Assembly (NCBI GenBank): GCA_036351155.1
Contig: JAZBOO010000262.1
Coordinates: 1 to 33,230, forward strand
Length of the DNA stretch: 33,230 nt
Direction of reading: 5' to 3'
Origin: Candidatus Krumholzibacteriia bacterium
GTDB taxonomy: Bacteria; Krumholzibacteriota; Krumholzibacteriia; LZORAL124-64-63
Of this stretch, positions 1-8,398 are shown one piece after another (position 1 is the stretch's first letter; the number at the start of each line of letters is the position of its first letter). The notes beneath the pieces were generated by a model. It ran no database searches, had not been told where the DNA came from, and saw only the letters and a program-made list of their open reading frames with translations. A program made the position numbers and the translations under genes.

Positions 1-22
1 ACGACGAGACAGCTCAAGTGGA

Positions 23-63
23 AAGAAAACGGACCCCACAGGCGAAGGGTCCGTTTTCTTTTT
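23..63. terminator. Probable bidirectional intrinsic terminator
   Basis: 14-bp stem AAGAAAACGGACCC (23-36) / GGGTCCGTTTTCTT (47-60), with A-rich and T-rich ends; lies just past the stop of the DUF2461 gene. Confidence 0.8.
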
Positions 64-82
64 CTGTGTGGCTGTCAAAGAG

Positions 83-769
83 CTAGAAGGGCTTGCCCAC
101 CGCCTGGCAAAGAAACTTCACCAGCCCGCTGCCCGCCCGAGTCAACGCCGCCACCTCCTCGATGAAACCCGGCGCGGTGACCTCGCTTTGCTTGAGCGGA
201 GTCATGGCCGTGAAATCCTTCATCCTCAGCACATCGATCAGCTCGTGGTCCGGGTCGAAATCCCGGGGATGGGTTTTCAGGGTGCGTCCGGTCAGCTTGA
301 AGCGCTGCTGCAGGACCGGGTCGGACACCGCGGCGCGCCACCGGTCGGGATGGTCGACAATGTGCTGCCGCACGAGCTTCAACGTGGCATTGTCCGGATG
401 CCACAGTCCCATGCCCACGAAGCAATTCCGCGGCTGGAAGTGCAGATAGAAACCGGGCAGGCACACATCCTTTCCCTCCTGGTGCGCAAAGTAGATCCCG
501 GCGTGGGTCTTGTAGGGGGTCTTGTCCTTGCTGAACCGGATGTCCCGGTAAACGCGGTACAGCGATCCGCCGTTGGGCCGGGGATCACACCGGAAATGAG
601 GACTGATCTTCAGCAGATGCGGCCCGAAATCCACGATGAACTGCAGGCCCGGTTCCTTGACGTCCTTCAGGTACCGATCCTTGTTGGCCTGGAACCAGTC
701 GCGGTTGTTGTTCTCTTTCAGGTCGTTCAGGAACTTGAAGAGCGAGGGTTTGAAAACGGATGGTGTCAC
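83..769 (-). CDS. DUF2461 (TIGR02453-like) family protein
   Basis: Motifs FL.DLKENNNRDWF.ANK..Y, 'YRDIRFSKDKTPYKT' and 'GFYLH'. GTG start at 769 follows a GGAG RBS; the ORF-track start at 895 is an upstream extension. Confidence 0.88.
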   Translation of the reverse strand: MTPSVFKPSLFKFLNDLKENNNRDWFQANKDRYLKDVKEPGLQFIVDFGPHLLKISPHFRCDPRPNGGSLYRVYRDIRFSKDKTPYKTHAGIYFAHQEGKDVCLPGFYLHFQPRNCFVGMGLWHPDNATLKLVRQHIVDHPDRWRAAVSDPVLQQRFKLTGRTLKTHPRDFDPDHELIDVLRMKDFTAMTPLKQSEVTAPGFIEEVAALTRAGSGLVKFLCQAVGKPF

Positions 770-900
770 TGGGTTTTCTCCGTTGGGGGGTCTCATCGGG
801 TGGCTGCAAATGATAGAGAAATAAAAAAACCTCGCAATGGGTTCCACGTCACAGTGTGGTGATTGCGCCGCTGCTGATCTGATCCGGTTTTCCACTCATG

Positions 901-935
901 AAAAAGCCCGGCTCCTGATGGGGACGGGCTTTTTT
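901..935. terminator. Intrinsic terminator downstream of the NoeA-like gene
   Basis: AAAAAGCCCG (901-910) ... CGGGCTTTTTT (925-935) hairpin, 20 nt past the minus-strand stop at 955. Confidence 0.75.
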
Positions 936-954
936 GTTGATCGCGGTGGTGGGC

Positions 955-2331
955 TCAGTCGCGTTTTCGGAGGAGATAGAGAGTGCGCTTGCTGCCCTCG
1001 ATTTCTTCGGCCGAAACGATCTCGAACTTCGACCCGAAGGCCGCCTCAAAGCCTTCCTGCGTGTATTCCGGAAAGACGTCCTCGCGTGTGGCCAGCAGCC
1101 GGTCCACCTGCGAATCGCCCTTGGGCACGAACTCGATGATGAGCCAGCGACCCGCCCGCGAAAAAAACGCAGCCAGCAGAGGCAGGGGTACGTTGTTGCT
1201 GATAGCCAGGTGGTGGATCAGCGCCAGGGCGAAGACCACACCGGCGGGGCCTCGGGCCAGGAACGAGGTGCGCTCCGCATGATCCCAGCCCAGACCGGGG
1301 CTGGGGTTGGTCAGGTCCATGAGCAGGGGCAGGATTTTCTGCTCGCCCTTTTCCTTCACCTCACGCCAGTTCTTTTCCACCGCCACCGGATCGATGTCCG
1401 ATGCCACGGTAAAAAGCCCTCTATCACTGGCCACCCGGCTGAAGAAACCGTTGTTGGCGCCCAGGTCCCAGGCCGTCTCCGCGTCGGTCTTTTCCAGAAG
1501 GGCCGCCACCAATTCGCGCTTGCGGGACAGGGCGGCATCGGAATAGTTCGTGTCCGAGTAATAGGCACCCCACTCGGTGCCCGCGGGCTGCCAGGCCAGC
1601 TTGCGTATGCAGCCGTGCAGGCTGTCCAGGATACCCGTCATGGCGTTGCGCGAGACCTTCGTATCCTTGGCCGACTTGCGCCGATCCTGGTGCTTTTTCT
1701 GGCTGGCCGCGTGGGCGTGGATGTGCATCAGCAGGCCGGGATTCAGGCGAGTGCGCTTGGGAAGCAGCGTGGAAGCCAGGTCCAGCGGCACGCCGTCTAT
1801 CCCGGTGCGCAGCAGGCTGCCCAGCCGAACATCCTTGTGGGCCATCAGGGCCAGCGGCGCCAGGAAGTGCTGGCAGAACTGTCGGTAGGCCACCCAGGGC
1901 GTGTCTTCCCGGTAAGCGGTGAAGCTGAGGGTATCGATGAGCAGCGGTCGCCCTTGATGGAACTGGACGTTGTAGGCCGAGGCGTCCTTCAGCGTCAGGC
2001 CCCGCTTGAGCGCCATCTTCTGGATACGCAGGGTCGTCAGGGCGGCGTCCTGCAGCTGACTGAAGGACCACTCGTAGGGGTAGCTGATGAAGGGAATGAG
2101 CTCGGGCTCGAGGACCTTGAAAGCTCCGTCGGGCCGGGGTGGCTGGATATCCACCTCGCGGTGGGGAATGAGCAGACCCTTCTCGATGAGCTTTTCGTAA
2201 AGGCCGGACTCCATCAGGAGACGGTAATCCTCGGCGTAGACCTGGTTGACCTGCCGGAACAGCCGGTCATCCTGCCGGAAGAGAAAGCCGCTGGGATCTC
2301 GAAAGCTGGAGGGCAGGGCCTTATTCGTCAT
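955..2331 (-). CDS. NoeA-like protein: N-terminal kinase-like domain fused to a class I SAM-dependent methyltransferase
   Basis: N-terminal SFRDPSG, 'ISYPYEWSFSQL.DAA', 'LKDASAYNVQF' and 'LIDTLSF'; C-terminal SAM motif 'WDLGANNGFFS' and 'ALALIHHLAI..NVP'. Confidence 0.8.
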   Translation of the reverse strand: MTNKALPSSFRDPSGFLFRQDDRLFRQVNQVYAEDYRLLMESGLYEKLIEKGLLIPHREVDIQPPRPDGAFKVLEPELIPFISYPYEWSFSQLQDAALTTLRIQKMALKRGLTLKDASAYNVQFHQGRPLLIDTLSFTAYREDTPWVAYRQFCQHFLAPLALMAHKDVRLGSLLRTGIDGVPLDLASTLLPKRTRLNPGLLMHIHAHAASQKKHQDRRKSAKDTKVSRNAMTGILDSLHGCIRKLAWQPAGTEWGAYYSDTNYSDAALSRKRELVAALLEKTDAETAWDLGANNGFFSRVASDRGLFTVASDIDPVAVEKNWREVKEKGEQKILPLLMDLTNPSPGLGWDHAERTSFLARGPAGVVFALALIHHLAISNNVPLPLLAAFFSRAGRWLIIEFVPKGDSQVDRLLATREDVFPEYTQEGFEAAFGSKFEIVSAEEIEGSKRTLYLLRKRD

Positions 2332-2539
2332 CGTCGTCGTCGACGGGTTTGGACCCGGTCAGCGCAGCCTTGATACGGCCCCAGAACATCTTGATGGCCA
2401 CGCCGGTGCCGACCACCGCGGCGATGAGACCCTGGACCAGAAAGCTGCCCGTGCCGGGGTCGATGTAGGCCAGAGCGGGGGCGGCGCTGAGCAGGATCGC
2501 AAACAGGAAAAATGTCGTCAAACCAAGGTGGGTTTTCAT
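2321..2539 (-). CDS. Small (72 aa) membrane protein with signal peptide and YIDPGTGS motif
   Basis: MKTHLGLTTFFLFAILLSAAPALA|YIDPGTGS, then a hydrophobic helix, KMFWGRIK and an acidic tail. Its end overlaps the NoeA-like start. Alternative ATG at 2545. Confidence 0.8.
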   Translation of the reverse strand: MKTHLGLTTFFLFAILLSAAPALAYIDPGTGSFLVQGLIAAVVGTGVAIKMFWGRIKAALTGSKPVDDDDDE

Positions 2540-2845
2540 GATCATCCAATCGCGGGTTGGTTGTTGAAAATGCGGAAAAAAGAACAGATTATACCCGGTG
2601 CTGCCCAAAGTAAATGATTGGGAAGAGTCTTGTAAAGAGTTGTTGATTTCCATTCCGCCGGGATCTAGGGTATCTGCGAATTCGGAGTGGCAATAACCTG
2701 CCTGGATTTCACGTCTACCCCACCTTTGCAGAAACCCCTTGAGGCGAAAATGGTCAGGGTGCGTCGGCAGTGGTTTCGGCCAGCGGGTTTGTGCAATGAT
2801 GGGGTAAACTCTTACCATACAGCGAGAAACGAGAGGGCACTGCGT

Positions 2846-5332
2846 GTGAACGAGGCAAAGCGAAGAGGTCTGTCCTGGCCGATGATCCTGGCTCAGCTGG
2901 CGGGGCTGACGGCCTTGGCCGTGGGACAGCCCCTGCTGCAGATGATCAGGGATAATGCTGAGTTTCTGGCGGTGCACGAGAGCGGCATCGGTGATGTCCT
3001 GCTCCTGGTATTTTTCCTCTTCGGTGTTCTGCCCCTGATCATGAGCTTGCCGGTGACCCTGCTAGGCCGTATCCTCCCTCGCGCCCAGGCTTGGCTGCAG
3101 GGGATCCTGCTGGGCTCCTTGTTGGCGCTGGCCCTGCTGCCCATGACGGGACGCCTCTTTCCGGACGCACCCGCCGTGGCCGTCGCCCTGGCGGCCGCGG
3201 TCGGCGTGGTCTTTTTGCTGGTCTATGCCCGCGCCGAGACCCTGCGCCGAAACCTGGGCCAGCTGGCCTGGGTGGTGCCCATCTTCCTGGTCCTCTTCTT
3301 TTCCGCGGGCTCCGTGCGTTCGGCCCTTTTCGGAGGTGGGGAGGCCGCCACCGGTGACGGCGGCAACACCACCACCCCGGTGGTCATGATCATCTGCGAT
3401 GAATTCCCCCTGGCCTCCCTGCTGACGGCGGATCACGAGCTGGATTGCGAACTCTATCCTAACTTCTGCCGGCTCCAGGAGATCAGCACCTGGTTCCCCA
3501 ACGCCACCACCATCAGCCCGGCCACCCTGCGCTCGGTGCCCTCGATCATGACCGGCAAGTTCTCCGACTGGAAGGCGGCGCCCACCCTTGCGGATCACCC
3601 CGCGAATGTCTTCACCCTGCTGGCTTCGTCCCACCGCGTGGTGGCCCTGGAGACCCAGACCAGCCTGTGCCCACCGGAACTGGCCACCGCCCGGGCTCCT
3701 GGCGTGGGGGTGCGGCTGGAGACCCTGTTCCTGGACCTGGGCATTCTCTACCAGCATCTCGTGGTTCCCCGGTTGTGGCGCGGCGGTCTGGTGCCCATCG
3801 ATGACAAGTGGGGGAATTTTCTGGAACAGGGTGGGGAATATTCCGCGGATGGCTCCGCTCGAACCCGGCTGGAAGAACTTTCCCACTTCATCGCGCAGCT
3901 GGACGGCGGCAGTTCCCCGGTGCTGGGGGTGGCGCATGTGCTGTTGCCGCATTCGCCGTATCGCTATCTGCCGGATGGCACCGCCTACAATACGCGGCTT
4001 CGGGCACCGAGCCGGCCGGACGGCACCTGGGGCCCGGATGATGTCCTGATCGCTCATAGCATGCGCCGGCACCTGCTGCAGGCCGTGGCGGTGGACCGCC
4101 GGATCGGTGAGCTTCTGGACCAGCTGGAAGGCGCCGGCATCCTGGAGGCGGCGGCTGTGGTGGTGACCGCCGACCATGGACTCTGCTTCCGGGCGGGGCT
4201 GCATCGGCGGCAGTTTTACCCGGGTAACGAGGCGGACATCATGAGCGTGCCTCTCTTCTTCAAGCAACCCGGGCAAATGCAGGGAGTGGTCGATCCGCGT
4301 CATGCCCAGACGGTGGACATCATGCCCTCCCTGGTGGCGGCGCTGGGCCTGGACCCGGGCTGGGAATTCGATGGGCACAATCTGCTGGACGCCAATTTCG
4401 AGCGCAGCCGCCTGGATTTTCTGGACCAGGATCGTTACGAGCACGTGCAGGTGGACCCGGCCCTGATGCGGACCAAGGACGACGCCATCGCCATGCGCGA
4501 TGAACTTTTTGGCACGACGGGTGACTACCATCGCTATTTCACCATGTTCGATGAAAACGGTTGGCTGGGGCGCCCCCTGGCCGACCTGGAGATCCTGCCG
4601 GCGTCGGCCCTGCAGGGGCGTATCCTGGAAGAGCATCTGCTGGAGCAGGTGGACCTGGCGGGGCCATTCATTCCCGCGGAGATCAACGGCACCCTGGCCG
4701 GATATTCCGGCGGTGGCCGCGCCACTCTGGCCCTGGCCCTCAATGGCCGGCTGGCTGGCTTCACCCGGACTTACCTGGATGCTCCCGAACCCGGTCTGCT
4801 GGACTGGCAGGTGACGGCGGCGCCGCGCTTCTTCCACAACGGCAAGAACGAGGCGGCGCTATTCCTGGTGGAAGGATCGGGTGATTCGGCCACCCTGCGG
4901 CGGATCCCCCTGAAAACCCCTTCGTTTTTGAAGACGAACCTGGGCGGGCAGCATGTGGCGGGCATCCGGGAAGAGGGTCTTTCCCTCCATTCGCATGATT
5001 GGAACGGTACCCCGATCCGCTGGACCCTCGGCCACGGCACATGGACAGTTCCGTTGAAGCCGGGAGAGAAACCGCACTATCTGACGGTGGAGATCATGAG
5101 TAGCGGTCCCACCCAGTCCAGTCTGGAGGTGGTGGCCAACGGCGTGACCCTGCTGGAACAGTACCTGCCGCGCGGGGAGTGGAACACGCGCCTCCCGCTG
5201 GATGCGGTGACCATGGATGGGCAACTTGTGGTGGAGTTGAAGAGCGGGACCTTCGTCCCGGCGAAACACAATCCCGAGAGTTCGGATCAGCGGACTCTGG
5301 GGCTGGCCGTCAGCACTCTGCGTCTGGACTGA
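2846..5332 (+). CDS. Membrane-anchored sulfatase/alkaline-phosphatase-superfamily hydrolase or transferase (LTA-synthase-like architecture)
   Basis: About 5 N-terminal TM helices, then 'VVMIICDEF', 'ATLRSVPSIMTG', 'HVLLPHSPY', 'VTADHG', 'VPLFFK.P' and 'TVDIMPS', plus a C-terminal beta-rich domain. Start placed at GTG 2846 after GAGAGGG; start is uncertain. Confidence 0.8.
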   Translation: MNEAKRRGLSWPMILAQLAGLTALAVGQPLLQMIRDNAEFLAVHESGIGDVLLLVFFLFGVLPLIMSLPVTLLGRILPRAQAWLQGILLGSLLALALLPMTGRLFPDAPAVAVALAAAVGVVFLLVYARAETLRRNLGQLAWVVPIFLVLFFSAGSVRSALFGGGEAATGDGGNTTTPVVMIICDEFPLASLLTADHELDCELYPNFCRLQEISTWFPNATTISPATLRSVPSIMTGKFSDWKAAPTLADHPANVFTLLASSHRVVALETQTSLCPPELATARAPGVGVRLETLFLDLGILYQHLVVPRLWRGGLVPIDDKWGNFLEQGGEYSADGSARTRLEELSHFIAQLDGGSSPVLGVAHVLLPHSPYRYLPDGTAYNTRLRAPSRPDGTWGPDDVLIAHSMRRHLLQAVAVDRRIGELLDQLEGAGILEAAAVVVTADHGLCFRAGLHRRQFYPGNEADIMSVPLFFKQPGQMQGVVDPRHAQTVDIMPSLVAALGLDPGWEFDGHNLLDANFERSRLDFLDQDRYEHVQVDPALMRTKDDAIAMRDELFGTTGDYHRYFTMFDENGWLGRPLADLEILPASALQGRILEEHLLEQVDLAGPFIPAEINGTLAGYSGGGRATLALALNGRLAGFTRTYLDAPEPGLLDWQVTAAPRFFHNGKNEAALFLVEGSGDSATLRRIPLKTPSFLKTNLGGQHVAGIREEGLSLHSHDWNGTPIRWTLGHGTWTVPLKPGEKPHYLTVEIMSSGPTQSSLEVVANGVTLLEQYLPRGEWNTRLPLDAVTMDGQLVVELKSGTFVPAKHNPESSDQRTLGLAVSTLRLD

Positions 5333-5776
5333 CGGCACGGCTTTCGGGGAATAGAAAATTCAAAATCCAGCTCACCCTGCGGTGGGTTTTTCCGAGTCGG
5401 GGCCTGAGGTGGTACCCCGCCCCATCACCCGGCTGGCGTCCTTCAGGATTTTTCAGAGTCGCCCCGCTCAGCCTCGCGCTCTCGATCACCGCCCCGTCCA
5501 CCGACCAGCCGGCTGCATGATCGGGGCATCAAGGATTATGGACCGTCGTTCTGTCCAGGTGGCCGTGGCAAGGAGGGTATCGAGGTTCTCGCGGGTAGTT
5601 TTGCGCAGCAGGGTGGTCGCCGGTAGGCGGGAGCGATAGAGACCCCGGAGCCCGCGTGAGCCGTATTAGCGTTGGGTGGAAACGATTCCACCCCTGGATG
5701 AAATAAACCGGCCCTACCCGCTTGGAACACCCCAGACAAGCGAGGCAAAACCCAGGATTATTTTGATCAAAAGACC

Positions 5777-5804
5777 AATTCTGGCTGCGTACGCAGCCAG
5801 AATT
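5777..5804. repeat. Perfect 28-bp palindrome
   Basis: AATTCTGGCTGCGT-ACGCAGCCAGAATT with no spacer, in a convergent intergenic region. Confidence 0.9.
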
Positions 5805-5837
5805 CAACTTTCAGTCAAAAACTGAAACCTGGGACCA

Positions 5838-6722
5838 CTACGCAGCCCGCCCGGGCAAGGTCACCCGTGGCAGGTCCAGGAACTGATCCCGCAGGCCCGC
5901 CGCATAGTCGCCCATGGTGACAAAACGGCCCTCGCTCAGGATCTTTTCCAGCTTGATGGGCATGGAGTCCTGCCCACCGGTGCTGCGCACGGCCGTGGCC
6001 TTGTCCAGCCCCACGCTGGGCTTGAAGTCGTCCAGCTCCCAGGGGTGCAGGTAGGTGATGCAGGGCACACCCTGGCGCCGAGCCAGTCCTCGCAGGGTCT
6101 TGAAGGCCGGCCAGGGCAGCAGCCGCAGATAGCCGCCGCCGGAATAGGGCACGTTCTGCCCCAGGAAGCGCCAGGTCGACAGGGGAATTTCGATCAAACC
6201 CTCGGGGTCCTCACCCAGCCGGAAGGGGCGCCGCGGCGAACCCGGCTGGCCATAGCGGGGATGCCGTACCGGGAAGATGGAACTGTCGTATGAAAAACCC
6301 ACCTCCTGCAGCACATCCAGATAGTCGTGGACCGGCGGGGGGATGCTGAAACTGGGAGCGCGGAAGCCCACCACATCGTCGGCCCCGCACCGGGCCAGAA
6401 CTTCCAGGGCGCGCAGGCAATCGGCCCGGAAATCTTCCCGGGACATCTCGAAGATGACGGGGTGGGTATGGCTGTGGCAGCCGATCTCGTGGCCGCGGGA
6501 AATGATCTCACTGACCACATCGGGATGCCGGTCGGCGGTCCAGCCCAGAACAAAGAAGGTGGCCTTGACCTGGTGGCGGTCCAGCAGGTCCAGGCACAGC
6601 GTTGTGCCCTGTTCCACTCGCGACTCCTGGGCCTCCCACTGCCCGGGCGGCACCTTGGACAGATAATTATGGCCGTGGAACCACTCTTCCACATCGACGG
6701 TGATGATGTCCGGTGCCCGCAT
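5838..6722 (-). CDS. Polysaccharide deacetylase (CE4) with DUF3473-type C-terminus
   Basis: 'TVDVEEWFH', 'KATFFVLGW', 'GHEIGCHSHTH', 'GFRAPSFSI', 'YDSSIFP', 'GGGYLRLLP' and 'YLHPWELD'. ATG start at 6722. Confidence 0.9.
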   Translation of the reverse strand: MRAPDIITVDVEEWFHGHNYLSKVPPGQWEAQESRVEQGTTLCLDLLDRHQVKATFFVLGWTADRHPDVVSEIISRGHEIGCHSHTHPVIFEMSREDFRADCLRALEVLARCGADDVVGFRAPSFSIPPPVHDYLDVLQEVGFSYDSSIFPVRHPRYGQPGSPRRPFRLGEDPEGLIEIPLSTWRFLGQNVPYSGGGYLRLLPWPAFKTLRGLARRQGVPCITYLHPWELDDFKPSVGLDKATAVRSTGGQDSMPIKLEKILSEGRFVTMGDYAAGLRDQFLDLPRVTLPGRAA

Positions 6723-6729
6723 GTTGTTC

Positions 6730-7395
6730 CTATTTTCCGTCCGAGGGTCGCGCCACCAAAGCAAACTGCAGATAGCGCATGTCGCTGAACCGGCCCAGTG
6801 TGGCCGCGTTGGACAGCTTGAATTTCAGGCTGCCGGTGGGGTTGATGCCGCGCAGGGTTTCCACGCGAAATCCGCATTCCTCCAGCAATAGACAGATACT
6901 GCTGCGGGTGAAAAACCGCAAATGGGTGCGGTCCAGGATGCCTTCGTCGGTGTACTCCCAGCGGCCATGCCAGGCCAGGTCCATCACGTTGAAGAAGTAG
7001 CGCACGTTGGGAATGGAGGCAACCAGGCAGCCACCTTCAGAAAGCAAGGCAGGCAAGGCGCGCAGCAATTCCTGCGGATCCGCCAGGTGCTCCAGCACGT
7101 CGTTCATGACCACGGCGTCGAAGCGCTGGCCTTCGAGCTGAGAAAGAACCGTGAACACGTCGCCACACAGCACCTGATCCAGTCGAGATTCCGCCAGAGC
7201 GGCCGCCCTGGGGTCCATCTCCACGCCCCAGATTTCAGGCGTGTTTTCGGGGCCCCGGGCTTCCTTGAGCAATCCGCCGAACACCCCGGCTCCGCAGCCG
7301 ATGTCCAGGATCCGGCGCGCCGAAACCGGCACGAAGGCCTGCATTTCCCGGCGAGGATTTCCGTAGTAGGTGGAGGTGGTTTCGGCTGAACTCAT
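6730..7395 (-). CDS. Class I SAM-dependent methyltransferase of the type found in glycan loci
   Basis: 'YYGNPRREM', 'ILDIGCGAG', 'DVLEHLADP', 'SIPNVRY' and 'GILDRTHLRFFT'. ATG at 7395 follows GGAG. Confidence 0.88.
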   Translation of the reverse strand: MSSAETTSTYYGNPRREMQAFVPVSARRILDIGCGAGVFGGLLKEARGPENTPEIWGVEMDPRAAALAESRLDQVLCGDVFTVLSQLEGQRFDAVVMNDVLEHLADPQELLRALPALLSEGGCLVASIPNVRYFFNVMDLAWHGRWEYTDEGILDRTHLRFFTRSSICLLLEECGFRVETLRGINPTGSLKFKLSNAATLGRFSDMRYLQFALVARPSDGK

Positions 7396-7429
7396 GCAGG
7401 CTCCCTGGAAAGCAACGTCTCTATCCCTT

Positions 7430-8335
7430 TCAATTTTCCACGCCATACTTTTTGATTTCTGTGCCTTCCAGAATCCAACCCGTATTTCGCCCGGCAAACT
7501 GTAAAACATTTTGATCATTGAGGACAAGACACCCGCGAGGACCCGCCACGATTCTCCAGCTCTCCCCCATCCTCTTCAAAAAAAGTACCGTATTTGCGGA
7601 GCTGCTCACCCTGGGGACTTTTATTCCCTGAACAGGCCTGGGATCAATCTCAATTGTATTGCTATCAGCCTTCCCCTTGATTTCGCGAAGAACCCGGCCT
7701 TCAAAAATTTCCGTTACCAGTTCACGGTTGAGCTCAGAGCTTTGTCCCTTGACCTTTATTCCAGATAAGACAACCACCAAGTCAGATTGCTCAATCAACC
7801 CAACAGGAGAGATGCTCGCCAGCACTTCCCTGAATTCCTGGACTGAGTTTTCCACTTCCATTTGCCGTTTGTCCCCAAAGAACTGGATTTCCTCTCCATT
7901 TTCACTGATTTCCAGCACTCCGCCATAGGGGACGCGAAGAGAATCCCCCCAGGCGTTCAGCTGAAAATCAAACGGAGAATGACATATAAACAAATATCTC
8001 TCCCCCTCGATGAATTCTGGAGGGGAGCTGGGATCAACCAAGCGCGCGCACTCAATACCTTTCCCATGTACTCCCGGGACAGTTATCTGGATTTGCTTCT
8101 CGCAGTTACCAAGCCACGTTTCTTCAACAGTGACTGAAAGCTCCGCGTACGCTCTATTGTCATTAATGCAGAAATACTCATCTGAATCCACTCGGCCTAC
8201 AAGAATAAGCGACGCCTCACCTGCGAGGGACCTTAAGTCCTCTGTGGAAGAAAAAACCATGTTCTGGGAGAACGAATCATTGGCTGCCAGCAGTAGCCCC
8301 CCAAAAAGGGTGCAAATCCATAGAGCCCTTGGCAT
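7430..8335 (-). CDS. Hypothetical secreted protein with two related beta-rich modules; low GC
   Basis: 301-aa ORF with a signal-peptide-like N-terminus. Two modules of pattern (S/D)L(I/V)xV...V...(L/K)G...I.I...(Y/V)LF. Hand-counted 60-nt lines were 45-50% GC. Confidence 0.7.
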   Translation of the reverse strand: MPRALWICTLFGGLLLAANDSFSQNMVFSSTEDLRSLAGEASLILVGRVDSDEYFCINDNRAYAELSVTVEETWLGNCEKQIQITVPGVHGKGIECARLVDPSSPPEFIEGERYLFICHSPFDFQLNAWGDSLRVPYGGVLEISENGEEIQFFGDKRQMEVENSVQEFREVLASISPVGLIEQSDLVVVLSGIKVKGQSSELNRELVTEIFEGRVLREIKGKADSNTIEIDPRPVQGIKVPRVSSSANTVLFLKRMGESWRIVAGPRGCLVLNDQNVLQFAGRNTGWILEGTEIKKYGVEN

Positions 8336-8398
8336 AAACTACCCCCATTATTCAGGCTCTGAATCATCCAATCCCATGCCCTGGTCCGTGCTCTCAAG

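Noticed and set aside
855..871. TGTGGTGA resembling the enhancer half-site
   Set aside because: Lacks the CACA half, and I found no appropriately placed -24/-12 element.
3062..4837. Long antisense ORFs (also 934-2373, 10532-11938, 18892-20685, 24899-26413)
   Set aside because: Expected stop-codon scarcity opposite genes with high GC3; no recognisable motifs.
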